NCBI GenBank assembly: GCA_030704615.1 | Contig: CM060733.1 | Span: 40,672,001 to 40,736,000, forward strand | DNA from: Takakia lepidozioides | Lineage: Eukaryota > Plantae > Bryophyta | DNA: 64,000 nucleotides | Direction of reading: 5' to 3' | Shown: positions 51,001 to 64,000 of the stretch, one piece after another | Layout: each line of letters begins with the position of its first letter | How positions within the stretch are numbered: position 1 is the stretch's first letter | The notes under the pieces: model-generated | The model's input: the letters and a program-made list of their open reading frames with translations, nothing else | Database searches by the model: none | Told to the model about the DNA's origin: nothing | Translations under genes and position numbers: made by a program

Positions 51001-53695
51001 CAAGTGGAACTGCGATTTAACCCCCATCCTCAAGTCCTGCATCATGGACTTCGCCAGCTCATCCTTCCGGCAAGCCTTCCGTATCTTCCTTTGGAGCGCC
51101 GTCTCGCCCTTGTACACCAACAAGAGCTGCTGCTTTCTACTTAAAGCATCGGCCACCACGTTGTCTCGTCCCGGTTTGTACTGGATATCCACGTCGAACA
51201 CTGCCAAAGTATCTTGTCACCTAAGTTGTTTTGGGGACAACTTGGGTTGCGTGGCAAAATATTTCACCGTGACATTGTCCGTGAACACCTTCACTGGGTT
51301 GGAACCAACATAGTGGCGCCAAAGCTCAAGACAGTGCACCACCGCCTTCATCTCTTTCTCGTGCGTCGGCCACCGTCGCTCCACTTCATTCAGTTTCTTA
51401 CTTTCATAAGCCACTGGACGTCCATCTTGCATCAGTACACCCCCAATCGCGAAGTCCGACGCATCTGTATGAATCTCAAATGGACGATCGAACTCCGGGA
51501 TTTTCAAGACTGGAGCTTCCGCCATCCGCTGCTTCAATTCAGCAAAAGCTTGGCCACAAAATGTGTTCCATACCCAGACTTTGGATTTACACAAAAGGTC
51601 CGACAGCGGCCCCGCGATCTTGGCGAAATTTCTCACATACTTCCGGTAATAGGAGGCGAGTCCTAGGAAGGATCGCACTCCGGGACCGAAGTCGGAGGCT
51701 CCCAGTCCAAGATCGCCCTCATTTTTCTGTCATCCATTTTGATCCCATCCTGTGTAATCACATGCCCCAAGAACTCCACTTTCGTGACCCCGAATTCACA
51801 CTTTGAAGCTTTGGCGTACAGCTTCCCTTTACGCAACTTTTAGAACACCCTTTTGAGGTGCTCCAGGTGCTCCTCTTTTGTTTTCGAGTACACCAAGATG
51901 TCGTCGATGTACACGATCACAAAGTCATCCAACCACTCCTGAAAAAGGCTGTTCATCAGCGTGCTAAAGGTTGCAGGTGCATTGGTAAGCCCAAAAGGCA
52001 TCACCAAGAACTCATATGAACCATACCTTGTCCTGCACGCGGTCTTCTCCTCATCTCCTTCGCCACCCGAATTTGATGATAGCCGGAGCGCAAGTCGATC
52101 CGGCTGAAATACTTCGCTCCTGCCAACCGGTCGAAAAGGTCGTCGATCCTTGGCAAAGGGTACCGGTTTTTAATAGTCACCTTATTCAAAGCCATGTAAT
52201 CGACACACATCCGCAGCGTCCCATCCTTCTTGTCTGCGAATAACACCGGGGCTCCGTAAGGTGACTTACTCGGCCGGATGTACCCCTTTGACATTAGATC
52301 CTTGAGCTCAGTCTTCAGCTTGACCAACTCCCTGTGGCTCAACCGGTAGGGTGCCTTGGCAGGCGGTTCCGATCCCGGTATCACCTCAATCTTGTGGTCA
52401 ACTCCTCTTCGCGGTGGCAAGCCGCTTGGTAAATCCTTCGGCATCACATCCTGGTATTTCTCCAAAATCCCCTTGATCCAATCTGGGCTCGGCTCCCCAT
52501 TGCCTTCTCCCTTCACTTCTCTAATGTAAAGCAAAAATTGGGGCTCGTGTGCCTCCTCCACGGCCCACTCCCTTGCTGACAGAAGGTTTATTCGCCCTCC
52601 CACGGATTTGGGCGTTTCCGACACTCGTAAGACCTTGCCACCATTCCCACATGGCAGCGTGACTACTCTCTTGTGGCCATCTATGACCGCTCCAGATTTG
52701 CTCAAAAAGGTCATCCCCAAAATGAGATCCACTCCATCGATCTCGCAGATGGTGAAGTTCTCACGTCCCTCCCAACTCCCCAGTTGAAGAGGAACATCAA
52801 ACGCCAACCTTGTCGCCAACTGTGGTTCTCCTTTGGCAGAACGCACCTCAATAGAGGCCCCCACGTCACTTGTCAGGAGTCCCCACTTTCGCGCCGCCGC
52901 CGGCGTCATGAAGGAGTGCGACGCTCCTATGTCCACCAACAACGACACGTTAGTTCCGGATATTATCCCATCCACGAACAATAACTGACTCCCTTTACGC
53001 AGGGTGCCAGTTTCCTGATACAACTCACAAGATATAGTTGCCTACCTTGCAAGTCCTGGCGACCACCGCTTCCACCAAGCGACTAATGGTATCTTCCGAC
53101 AGCTCCGTGGTTGCCCGAGTCATGTTCAATTGTCGAGGTTTCGTGCACTTCTTGGCCATGTGCCGGGCTCCCCGCAATTGAAACACACTCCATCAAAGGT
53201 CGCCTTCTGTCCGCCATAAGCCGCTCCACCCGCTTTTCCTTTCGAAGCACCGGGTGCCGCCTTGACATGTGAAGGCCCTCCCTTCGATTTCCACGTGCCA
53301 TTGTCGCCGCGTGGCCTATCCCACTTCTTTTCCGGTCGGAAGGAGTCACCTTCCCGCCGGGTCTTCTTGTGGTTCAGCTCCGTACGGCCTTGTCTCTCAC
53401 CCCTAGGGACATCCGAGAAACATTCAGCCCTCTCAATTGCCTCGTTCAAAGTCTTGGGTGGCTTCTCCTCCAACTTCCGCCTGGCCCATGGGGCCAGTCC
53501 CGCCACAAAGTTGAAGACCATTTCTGGTTCTGCCATGTCCGCGACTTCGAGCAACAGCACATTGAAAGCCTGGACATACCCCCGAATGTCATCTGTTTGC
53601 TTCAAATTCCTCATCTTGTCCCGGGCAAGCCAGGACGCGTTGAGGGGCACAAACTATCTCTTCATCAATTCCTTGAACCCACTCCAGTTCAAGGT
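48034..53695 (-). mobile_element. Ty3/Gypsy chromovirus-type LTR retrotransposon (gag-PR-RT-RH-INT-chromodomain, 3' LTR ~48034-48670), 5'-truncated
   Basis: gag with CFNCGEPG zinc-knuckle remnant; LVDIGAS protease; SPYGAPVLF...LRMCVDY...YPLPRIDDL...DLRSGYHQ; YIDD; HTDASDFAIG; GPF and HPVFHVSLLKP; YEVEAIL...YLVKWKGY chromodomain. Confidence 0.95.
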
Positions 53696-53699
53696 TTCC

Positions 53700-54398
53700 G
53701 GGTAGATAAGCAAACTAGTAGTGCTAAGCAAACTGGCTGTGTATACACTGGTGGGTAGTTTAAATCATGTGATAGATGATGCATAGTCAGAGTGGGCCTA
53801 TCCAGCTCGGGAGTCGAGAGAAGTGAGGTAGGATGTTGTCGGGAGTGTAAATGTGTACTGACAAGAGCACAGTTCGTGCCGAAAGATTGACTGTCCATTG
53901 CCAAAGTTTGCGTGCAGGGGGCATAGTAGGATAGATACAAGCAAACTTGCATATGCAGTTCAGGCAGGGGCCGGCTAGAAGTAGGAAAGAAATAGAATTC
54001 CAGTAAGTGTGCTGACCTGCTGCATGGTGGAGTGCCGGGATGACCAGCCTGATGAGCTACATCAGCTGGGAAACAGTTACGTTGGGGGTTTTGTGAGAGC
54101 AGTGCAAACTTCCAATAAACCACGTTGGTAGCTTTAAAGCAGGGAGCAACTAGCAGAGTGGGTAGGAGGTTACCTGGAGGTGAGTTAGACGAGGGTAGAA
54201 GGGAAGTGGTGGGTAGGGGCCTGCTGATTGTGTGAAACCGCCATAAGATTGAGGACTTTGGCGGACTGGCTGGCTGGTTCGGTGCAGCGGCTGATGGATG
54301 AGAACAGCCCCTGACAGTGCCACTGCTTCTGAAGGCTGGTAGCTGAAGATGGTGGTTGATAGTCATACAGGGGTAATCTTTCCCTTTTCCAAAGCTGC
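53700..54398 (-). mobile_element. Degenerate LINE-like fragment
   Basis: Composition and His/Pro/Ser-rich minus-strand translation resemble 35.8-38.2 kb. It truncates both the Gypsy element and the PPR gene. Confidence 0.35.
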
Positions 54399-55030
54399 CT
54401 AGGCAGTGTTCAGAATGACATTCGGTAAAGCTCCAGCTTTGATGATGTCAACATGAACAACCTTGCGCTTTACAAGGGCTGTCAGGCTTGCACAAGCATT
54501 GCAAATGCACACACATGCGATGTGGTTGGGCTTCAATCCTTCCACCATCATTTGATCATAGGTTTCCACGACATCTGTGACAACTCTAGCTTTGACATAG
54601 CCATTCAGCTTGGCCTGCCGCTTCTGCTGTGGAGGGAGGGGTTGAGAAGGAAGTACCTCGTGCTTGAGATTGTGGCAGGTAGACACAGACGCTGGCACAG
54701 TGTTGGCGAGAGTGCATTCATACTGTCTGGTGCAAGAAGTCACATAGTGCTTCATAGGAAGCTTCACTGACTCATGAAAAAAAGGGTGTCGGGCACAAAG
54801 TAGTGAGCACATAGCGATGTGAATGGTATGCTTGCGCGAGTATATCTGTCGTGTCATAGCTCCTTGCCTGATAAAAAGGGGGCGGGTGGTAGAGCTTCCA
54901 ATTGTGAATGATGGGGTCCATTTTTGAGTGCCATCCATCAGCAGTGCAGGCCCGCAAACACTTTGTCTCAAGGGAGTTGGCAAGACAACCACGAAGTGTA
55001 CAGAAAACAATGCATAGAAAGACAACAATG
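54399..55030 (-). pseudogene. 5' portion of a PLS-class PPR gene, truncated
   Basis: N-terminal leader, then ETYDQMMVEGLKPNHIACVCICNACASLTALVKRKVVHVDIIKAGALPNVILNTA. Confidence 0.7.
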
Positions 55031-55343
55031 TAATTTTGTGTCATGCCAGACGCCCGCATCCTTGCTCTCCAAAAACTCATCAAGAACGCCATATGCAGGA
55101 GCGCAAAAGTTAAGGAGCTATAGCAGAAGAGATTTTTGTTCGGATTGAACTAGAAAAATACCAAAATCACCGGCACGGCCTAGTACGGTCGTCGGGCCTT
55201 GTACTTCACCACCACGATCTAGGGAAGCCTGATAGTACTTTGTTCGTGAGTGAAGTTGCACATGAGCAAGCAAGCATCAAGGGCTCAAGATAATTTCCAA
55301 AAAGAGCTAGTACAATTAAATCGTTTTGAAAACCTGAAGGAAA

Positions 55344-58300
55344 CACTACAACAGATGAGCGTTGACTTCACATATGACTATTTTTTCAGTCTTATATGCG
55401 TTCATGACTACATCACTCTGTAGTGAAAAAAGCCCTGTCATAGCGACTAGTCTTTAGGACTGCGTTTTGCAAGTCATATCCATGACTGCTTGCGTGGCAC
55501 CTGGAGTCCTGCTGCAGAGAGGGTTGCAGTCACAACTATATGACTACATTGTCTGTTGAGCGCTGCCTACATGGAGAGGCTTCAGCGGGACACGTGCGCC
55601 ACTGCGCAAGCGACACGTCATGCATTCGTCAGGGGATCATATGACTATATGTCTGCAAAGTGATGCCTACATGGAGAGGCGACGGATGGACACGTGCGCC
55701 ACTGCGAATTTGACATGTCACGACTTCTTGCCATGATCATATGACTACATGTCTGCACAATGATGCCTACATGGAGAGGCGCTAGCGAGACACGTGTGCT
55801 ATGGCAGATTTCACACGTGGTGACTACATGACTCGCTCATATGACTACAGGGATGTCTACATGGAGAGATATTAGCGGGACACCTGTTGCACTTGAGATG
55901 TGACATGTGGCACACAGACAAAATATATGACTAGCATATATGACTATGGATCTTTACACGTGGTGAAAATATGGATAAAGAATGTCGTGTCATATACTGC
56001 CACGTGTTCTGGTTTGAGCAAGAGTGATGCCACGTGTCATCAAGATTGTTTTCCGAAATAGTTTATATTTTTAATGTTCATATTTTAATTTTTAGTTTTC
56101 ATTTAATATTTAAAAGAACAGGGAGATTGCAGCCTTGGATTTTTTTTTTAATGGTATTATTTTTAATATTATTATTTAAAATGAAAGTGAATTAAATGAT
56201 TTAAAATCTTCATTACATGGTGAAATTCCAACATGAAAACAGAATGGATCCCTCCTGCATACTATCAACCACAAGGAGAATGAAAATAGTCAACTACAGG
56301 GCAATACAAGCCCTATAAATCACATTACAAAAATCCAAATGAGACCAATATCCCAATGGACACCTCAAAAGCCACAAGGTCAAAAAATCCATGCCTCAAA
56401 AGGCCCAGCCAAAAACAAGCAAGCCCACACATGGGCTGAATTGTTGTAGCTAGTATGTTCTAGTGCTATTAGAATCAAGAACTCTGTTAAACAGTGCAAT
56501 ACTGACTATCCCTTCCGCAGCTCCATAAGTTTCAGTAACTTTAGACTCCAAAGTGTTGTCTGGCCAACCACCTGCCCCAACTCGGTCTGTTTCCTAACAC
56601 CATTCACATATGGTAGAGGGGTGTTACTGACACATGCCTCTTTGATGTACACACAGGCATAATTAAGGGGCACAGCAGGGTACCCGTAACCCACCACAGC
56701 ACCTTGAAGAGCAACAATCAGCCTTACTCCACATTTCTTGCGTTTGGAGTTCACATCCAACAGCCGAACCTCGTCACCCACCCTGAACTGTGATCCCAAC
56801 TCCACACAAAAAAGAACACGATGTGAAAACCCATGACATACACACGACTAGGACACTCAACATTTGCGAGTTAAAGAAAGCCCCAAGGTTGGAAAAAATA
56901 TAACAGACAAGACAACGGCCTGGACTTACTCCATTTGCACTATCCAGTGGTGGTGAGACCTCTTTTGGGGGGCTACTCGCCAGGTCGACACTCTTGCCCC
57001 TCGTCTGTACCGGCTTGTCGACAATATCACCTTTGTTTGTCACAAGTTCCTGTGTCACAGACCAGAGATCAACCAGGAAAGCAATGAGCAAACAGGAATA
57101 GTGAATAGAAACAAAATCCAAGTATGAATCAAACAAAAAAGTCAACATGAAAAGCTGCAAAGAAAACCTAGCATTAATCAAGCAACCGAGGAGACGCATC
57201 CAGGAAAGCAATGCAATGAATGAACCCACAAAATGTAGCCTCTGGAGCACTGTCAGAATGTTTGTACCTTCACAGTAGCAGTGTTGTAGGGTTGTTGTCC
57301 GAAAACAGGCTGAGACTCCAAAAACTTGGGAATACTGGCAGCTTTCGATGCCTTCCACAAGAAAGGCCACAACACCTCTGTTAGATACTCATCAGTTGGT
57401 GAATCTGGTTACACTTCCATGGCTCTGGAAAAATCCCACTGAAGGGAGGATTGTTTGCCGCCTTTCTTGGTGTGTCGTCAACAAGAACAGTGTCCTCATA
57501 AGTCCATTCTGGCCAGTCTGCCCACACTGTAGACAAGTTCTTGAAATATAATGGCTTTGAATCAGACACCTTACGGCATGGGAGGACTGGATCCTCGTCA
57601 CAGTGAAGGGCATCCCACTGGAAAACCAGGTTAGTGTGGGCTGCAAAAATATAGTCCACCATTGGGAAGAAGTTGCGAGCTTGGCAACAAGACCACACCG
57701 CCACCTCAAAGTGTTCAAAACACTTTTGCAAAAAGTCATAACAGCGTGGTCTCAAAACTACCATCTTCTTGCCACACATCTTCCCCACAAAACCTTTGGG
57801 AAGGGATGCAGGCCCATTAGCAGAATGAAAAGATTCACATAACAGACCATTTAAGTCCAGAATTAGTAAATGCTTCCTCGTTGGTCCAGGAAGTAAACTG
57901 ACATTTGGCTTCAACATGTGAGCAGGAGAAATTAAAGCAACCTGCTTGTTTGTTTTGTCCCCGTCTGCATCTTCCTCCCCATCTAAACTCCCACATACCT
58001 GCATACCAGAATCCGGTGTGCCCGGCCGCTCTGTCACCATTGCCCCCTGGACTGCTACTGCCTTTGTACGTGGCAAGGGTTGAATTTCCACGTGTACCTC
58101 ACAGCTGGCCTTCCCTGTATCCTGCTGCTGCTCGGTCACATTCAAAAGATCATCAGTGACAGGAAGACATAAGGGCTTAGAGTGAGCACCAGTTACCGTC
58201 TGAAATTGGGATTCCAAACATTTTGATACTGTCACAGCAGACGTATCCATCGTAGATGTCACTGGTCCTGCGCCTGGTAGATTAATGCCCAATCTGGTCA

Positions 58301-61300
58301 CAATGGCTTTCTGGTACTCAATCATACTCTGCATCTATAATTTTAATTCTGCCATGTCACGTCCTTGTGATTCCACCAGTTTGTCCAAGCCATCCATCCT
58401 GCCAACTACTGTAGAATATGCAAGACTTCCCTCCTGCCAATCCATGAAAACTTGCCCAAGTATGAATCAAACCAAAAAAACCTAGCATGAACAACCATTG
58501 GAAAGAAAACCCAGGCCAAAAGCCGTGAAAAAAACCCTAGCAACCTATGATGCAGCAACCACTCTAGCAAACGTGGAAAACACACTTACCCGCCTGTCAC
58601 TCCCAGCTGACAACCGTGACACTGAACCCTCTTGAATTTCATATAATGTAGGAGGGCACCCTGATAGTGTTTCCTACAAATTAATCCATGCCACAAACAA
58701 ACCCATGCCACAAGTCAGTAAGCAATGTGAGGGCTGACTATATACACATAGCAATTCAATGAGGAACAAAATACAGAGTCGTGATGATGTCACTTACCAA
58801 GCGTGCTTCCACCATTGCCTTCCCACTACGGCCAGTCTTGGTAGGATTCAGAATTGCACCATTTGCCTTCTTCATGTTGCCCGACACTTTGTGGAACACC
58901 TCTGTCTGCCAGTAACTTACAAGCTTGTTCCATACCTCGTCAAATACAGTAATGGGTTTCCCCTTACCACCCAACCACGCAGTGTGTGCTTCATAACGCT
59001 GGCTCTTCATTATTCTGCCAATTGTTTGTTTTAGGTGGAAGTCTTTTAACTCGTGCGGCGTATATGAAAATAGCTTAGCCAGGTGATCTCTGATTTCGTA
59101 TACAACTTCATCAAGTTGGTTGTTGATGGCAAGGGAACAATCTAGCTTGCGATAAGCCTGTCCTTTAAGGGCAACGTGCCATACATTCCGGGTCTGACCA
59201 TACGGGGCTCCTTTGAGGTTCGTCAAAATCACCGTGGGAGGAAGACCTGCAGCTATTCTCTCTTCCTTGATCTTGGCAGCTTCAATTTTGGCTGAGCTAT
59301 TAGCCCTCCTTAAAGCATTGGTTCTATCATTCTTTGAAACGGCACCCTCCCTCCTTCAGAGACCTCCGTGCGCTCAGGAGAATTCAAAGCAGGATCCTGC
59401 CAAGTAAGGACTGGTGGCCATGGTTGTTGGCCAGAAGGCCGAGGACCATACTGGCCATACTGTCCATAAGCAGGAGGATATTCCGGTGGCCTGCCACCCC
59501 CATAGCTATTAGGGGGTGGCAAATATGGTGGAGGAGGATACTGGCCATACTGCCCATATGGAGGAGCACCATATTGACCCTGACCATACTGAGTGCCAGA
59601 CTGTGGGTACAGAGGCATACCATAATAAGGTGGGGGTACTGGTGGCACAGAACCCACAACGTTGGGAGAGTTAGGGCCACCTCCTGCGTTCTTGTGGGCG
59701 CCATCTCCATTGCTAGCAGCAGGGATCGTGGATCCAGTGCGCTTGTGCTTGCCCTGAAAAGAAATTCATGGACCAACATGGTCAATTTCAGGAATGACAT
59801 ATAGTACGCTTTCATGTACTATGTAAGCATGCAACTATGTACCAGTGACGTGGCTTGTTCGCCACTTAACATGTTTGCCCATTCAGTCAGCTCCACATTG
59901 TCATGGATTTTGCATGTTGGATTGTGAGGCCATCCACACCGTCCTCTGGAAATGCTATCATGGGGTTTCAGCTATGTCCACATTTCCCTGGATTATGCCT
60001 GCACGAAGCAAGGCCAACTGCATTCAGCACCCTCCACTTTATTATAGTATTGCAGCAACATTCAAAGCACTTCAATTTGTATCCATCGAAAACATCTAGG
60101 TTGGAAAAAGACATTGTTGCAGCAGAACTTAGGAAAGTACTTCTCCCCTTCCACTACACACGTGAAATGAAAGAAGCCAACCAACAGCATACCAGCCAAG
60201 AAAATATCAAACCAGCCAAGAAAAGAGCCAATATATGCAGTGAAGGTCGACACTAAATGAAACTTATCCAACACTTACATTAAAGGAGGGAAGCTAAGTC
60301 TTACCTCCATAAGCTTGTCCACATCAAATTTGGGAGCTTTCAGAATTTCTCCTTTCCGGTTGAATGAACTTGGCTACAAGATCCTTCAAATCGCAAGTTT
60401 GAGCTTCACACACAATGAACTTGCAGGGATTGAGCTTCCAATGCAAACCAGGAGTCTTATATTGATAGCATTGTTGTAAAACACATGGACCAACAATGAC
60501 AGTCTCTGGAATGACATATAGTACAGCATGCCGCTTCCAGTTGACCATCTACCCATGTAGGTTTCTTGTACCTATCCTTCCACAGGGAATCATAGGTAAT
60601 GTGGAGCTTGAAATCCAGCCCTCTTGGATGAATGTGAACCCACACTCTATCCCTGCTCCTTCAGCTATCCATGCCTCTGACAGCCTACAATTCTACCAGC
60701 AAACACTCCAACCATACTAGTGTGGAGTTCTTCCCCAAAACACCCTAACCCTACTTATCACAATCTGAAATGCATCTGCTTCTCTCTGTAGTCCAACAGG
60801 CATTCGCCTTTTTGTCTCCATTGTCCCACCATTGGGGTCGGAAAGTGTTCACCCCAAAGCTTCTCCTCACCTCTATTATATGTTTTTGGATACTTCTCTG
60901 CTGCCACACTGGCAGTAACTTGCCAAAGTCACTCCAAACCACCACAGATGTACCCAACGACCTAACTTACAGAATTCAATATGCATCTTGCGGCCGAGTC
61001 TGATGAGAGGGCAACATAGGCTGAAATAGGTTGAAGAAGAAGGTGCCCTACCACATTGTCCTTGACCTTGGAGGATTTGACCGATGACCTCTTGTGTGTG
61101 CTGCTTGTGTCTGTAGTCAGGTAATGTCGGATTGGTCTGTCAGATCGAACCACTACGGCGTAGATGAGTAGTCAGAGATTGAAACACGCTTGCTAAGACC
61201 AAGCTGACTCTCCCAAGAACGGCGAGCTCGCTTGTCCTTGTCTCGTCTCCTCCTCCTCTCATCCTTCGTGCATCATTTGCTCAACGCCTCCATCCCACGC

Positions 61301-61803
61301 CCCTGCATATCCTGCTATCATCACTTTCCATCCCTCAGCTATGTGGTGTGGCGCAGGAGACAAAAAGACGCCAAGTCCCAGCCCTCCTTTCTGTTCACGA
61401 TTACACTAATGGGCAACCTTATTAGCAAAAATTTTAACTTTTTTAAACCTAATGGGCAACCTTATTTGCATTATATGTGCCTTCAAAATGACACGTGTAG
61501 TGATGTAGTCGTATAAATAGAGCTCTGAAACCATCTTCAGTCATGGAGTCATAAGATTCCATGAAACGTCGTCCACGTGTAGTCATACATATCACACTAG
61601 TCATATAAACCATCCCTGTCATCATGGTCAACAATGTTTGACCAATGCTCCCTAACATTCTGGAGTCATGTAGTGATATCCATTACTACAAAGTCATAAA
61701 ACTAAAACTGTAATGCATTTCAGCGCTCTGTAGTCATGTACCTAGTGCAGTTTTTATGACTCCGCCAAACCCGTAGTCCTATAAACGCTCATCTCTTGTA
61801 GTG
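55344..61803 (-). mobile_element. CACTA element with both termini (6460 bp); no TnpD recognised
   Basis: TIRs CACTACAACAGATGAGCGTT (55344) and AACGCTCATCTCTTGTAGTG (ends 61803), 3-bp TSD AAA on both sides, subterminal atgactac/cacgtg repeats. Confidence 0.93.
56506..59760 (-). CDS. Spliced CACTA TnpA-like gene with an embedded NIF/FCP1-like HAD phosphatase domain
   Basis: Ptta/EnSpm-type motif KPITVFDEVWNKLVSYWQ...S.NMKKA...TGRSG (58800-59230). LLILDLNGLL...LRP...FEVAVWS...FKNL...TVLVDDTPRKA..NP (57381-57900). Tnp1-type C-terminus ...PLPY...ELGQVVGQTTLW (56506-56780). Confidence 0.7.
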
Positions 61804-62758
61804 AAATGGCTTGAAAAAAGCACCTAGGAGAGATGAGGGTCAGCGTAAGGGAATGAGAAGGGGTTGAGCACACAGCTAGAGCGCTACATCAAAGGAAGCA
61901 TCGAGTCGGGCTATGGCGGCGGTCATAGCTACACACGCTAACGGGTATTAAATAAGGGGCACCGCTAAAAAGGGTGAGAAAAAACACGAGAAAGAGGAAA
62001 TAAAATAGCAGAACCCTAGAGAGACAGTTTAGCGGAGAAGTTAGCTAAGAGTTGAGCGGGAGAGCGGAGCTCCGCCGTCCCGCTGGCCCGCTGAGTCTAG
62101 TGGGGAATAAAATTAAAAATTAAAAAAATCAATCAATTTTGTTATTTTATTAAAAAAAATAGATAGTAGTATATCAAACAGTGTATTCATGTGCTGAAAC
62201 AACCTTTAGCTACTGGTTGACATCTCCATTACAACTTCTTAGATTTCTTCTTGCCCTCATTCTCAGATTGAAAATTAATCAATTCTTCAAATTATGAAGA
62301 ATTGAAGCTCTGGTTGAAGCTCCGGGTGATGTGGCACACAGGTGATGTGTCACATTTCTAAAACTAGCACAGTTGATTTTGCATATTTCTAAAATTAGCA
62401 TGTATTATAGGATGTAACATTAGTTGTATCTAGTTGCTCAGGCGTGGTTTAAGCATGTTCTTAGACGTTTAATGAGAGCAACGAGTAGGGTGTAGTTCAA
62501 GCATCCTTTGGGAAACTTTGGGGTGAGCATTTGTATGTATCAAGCAATGTCCTGGGTGTTGCTGTGCCACCCTTTTTCTGGTAACGATGTGATGATCTAA
62601 GACTTCTATAGACACTGCCAGCAATTGGTAGATAGCATTTAGTTGAACAGTATAAATTATTGTGAATCAGAATCTTTAGAAAGGATCGATTTCTAGGATT
62701 AATTCTTCAGTAGTATTTGTAGTTATGGCTTATCTGTGAGACGTCTCTCATAATCATA

Positions 62759-62935
62759 ACTAGGGTAGCCTGTGTCGTTGGCCCAAGTGTCCAGTGTCAT
62801 CTAAGTCAAAGTGCAATTCCCTATGTATCAAAGTGCGTCTCCTATGTAAAGGCCCAAATGCAACCTCTAGGGTAGCATTTGCCGTTGGTTCAAATGTCCT
62901 CCAGGACGTGCAATCCCTTATGTCGTTGGCCCAAG
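62759..62935 (-). mobile_element. Helitron-like 3' end fragment
   Basis: ctagggtagcctgtgtcgttggcccaagtgtcc, same family as 26178. Confidence 0.65.
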
Positions 62936-62947
62936 TATCGAGTGTAT

Positions 62948-63155
62948 TGTAGAATATTCAGCACTATGTGACCCAAGCTAGGTAGACTAGCCATAGCAAG
63001 AGAATGAGTAGTCTAAGTGCAAGCTAGGCTAGTTCAAAAAAAGTGATCATGAGAGAAATTTCCCGCCAGGACCAAAGTAGCCCGTCACTTACATAAGGGC
63101 AACCTCTTCCTAGTGTGAGCATACTGTAGCAATAGTGTGTACTGCTTGTCCGAGC
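62948..63155 (+). mobile_element. Copia LTR copy interrupted at ~63155
   Basis: Near-identical to 24924-25131, then diverges abruptly after cttgtccgagc. Confidence 0.85.
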
Positions 63156-63367
63156 CCTAGTTATCATTCCTGATGTGACGTGGAGGTGACACGCCGGCCT
63201 TCACGTCCGACGTGCGTCACGTCACGTCGAATCTAGACGTTTACCCATATAATTTTTTTTTTCATTTGACTTTTACGATTAACTTCTACCATTTCTAATG
63301 ACATGGCAGCCACGGTGTAAAACAGACATGGCCAATTATTAATATTCATTAATTCCTTTTGAAAAAT

Positions 63368-63644
63368 GCGTCCGCTTATATTGGCGGTCACATATAATTT
63401 ATTAATTTTTAAATGAAGCGACCGCCCATATTGACGGTTGCTTGTAATTTTAATATTTTGTTAAATTAAGCGACCGCCTATATTGGCGGTCGCCGGCAAT
63501 TTATTATTCTTTAAATGAAGCGACCGCCCATATTGGCGGTCGCTTGTATTTTATTATATTTTAAAATAAGCGACCACATATATTGGCGGTCGGTTGAAGT
63601 TTATTATGTTTTACATGAAGCGACCGCCCAGATTGGCGGTCGCT
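63368..63644. repeat. Palindrome-3 array (AAGCGACCGCC-CATATT-GGCGGTCGCTT), ~50-bp period, AT-rich spacers
   Basis: Six copies at about 63368, 63416, 63468, 63518, 63568 and 63618, inside an insertion beginning ~63156. Confidence 0.92.
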
Positions 63645-64000
63645 CGCACTTTATAATATTATTATAATTACATATTTAATATATTTCACTCAACAAGTGG
63701 TTTTGGAAGTCATTGAATTTTTCACTCCATCCATTTCGTAGCACCGACACATGACACGTGTCCATGCTGAGAGCGTCGCCACGTGTCAATATAATCTCCA
63801 ATATCATCCAAGGACCACCGACTTCCACGTGTCCACTGGAACGGAAGTGGTTACTTTACCACTATGACATGTCAGTTTATCACTGTGACACGTCAAAAGT
63901 GGTTGGTTTACCTTAGTGACACGTCATTGACACGCCACAGTGGTGAGTTTACACGTCACAATGGTTAATTTACCACTGTGATAATGACCGCCATGTGGCA

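Noticed and set aside
55411-55425. Internal TAGTG as the CACTA right end
   Set aside because: Does not match the long TIR or the AAA TSD; the true partner is at 61803.
62015-62750. Possible decayed hAT element
   Set aside because: Only a faint PELQ-like remnant on the minus strand; no convincing TIR pair or TSD.
63368-63644. CRISPR array (28-bp palindromic repeats)
   Set aside because: Spacers are ~22 bp, AT-rich and mutually similar; no cas genes; lies within a TE-like insertion.

Overview
Eukaryotic, TE-dominated DNA, most likely from an early-diverging land plant (bryophyte-like): spliceosomal introns, PLS-class PPR fragments, and CACTA, MULE, Helitron, Copia, chromovirus-type Gypsy and LINE remnants. 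The host content is a spliced PITH-domain gene (minus, about 10.9-15.0 kb), a fungal/bacterial-like L-fucose permease pseudogene head-to-head with it, and broken PPR genes. The main finding is a spliced gene family present as two strongly diverged copies (1503-6464 +; about 38359-42500 -). Each fuses an N-terminal ParB/Sulfiredoxin-like domain (WDGNHR) to a C-terminal beta-class N4-C/N6-A (amino) DNA methyltransferase domain. Each copy lies beside its own tandem array of a 28-30 bp palindrome, and the two palindromes are unrelated in sequence. Copy 2 is divergently linked, across its array, to a conserved unknown ORF and a GCM-type MULE transposase. A third palindrome array starts a further element at the right edge. 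My inference is a transposon-borne, parS/ParB-like, sequence-specific DNA-marking (anti-silencing?) system. Both gene copies here carry inactivating lesions. All assignments are by eye from motifs; no database searches were run.
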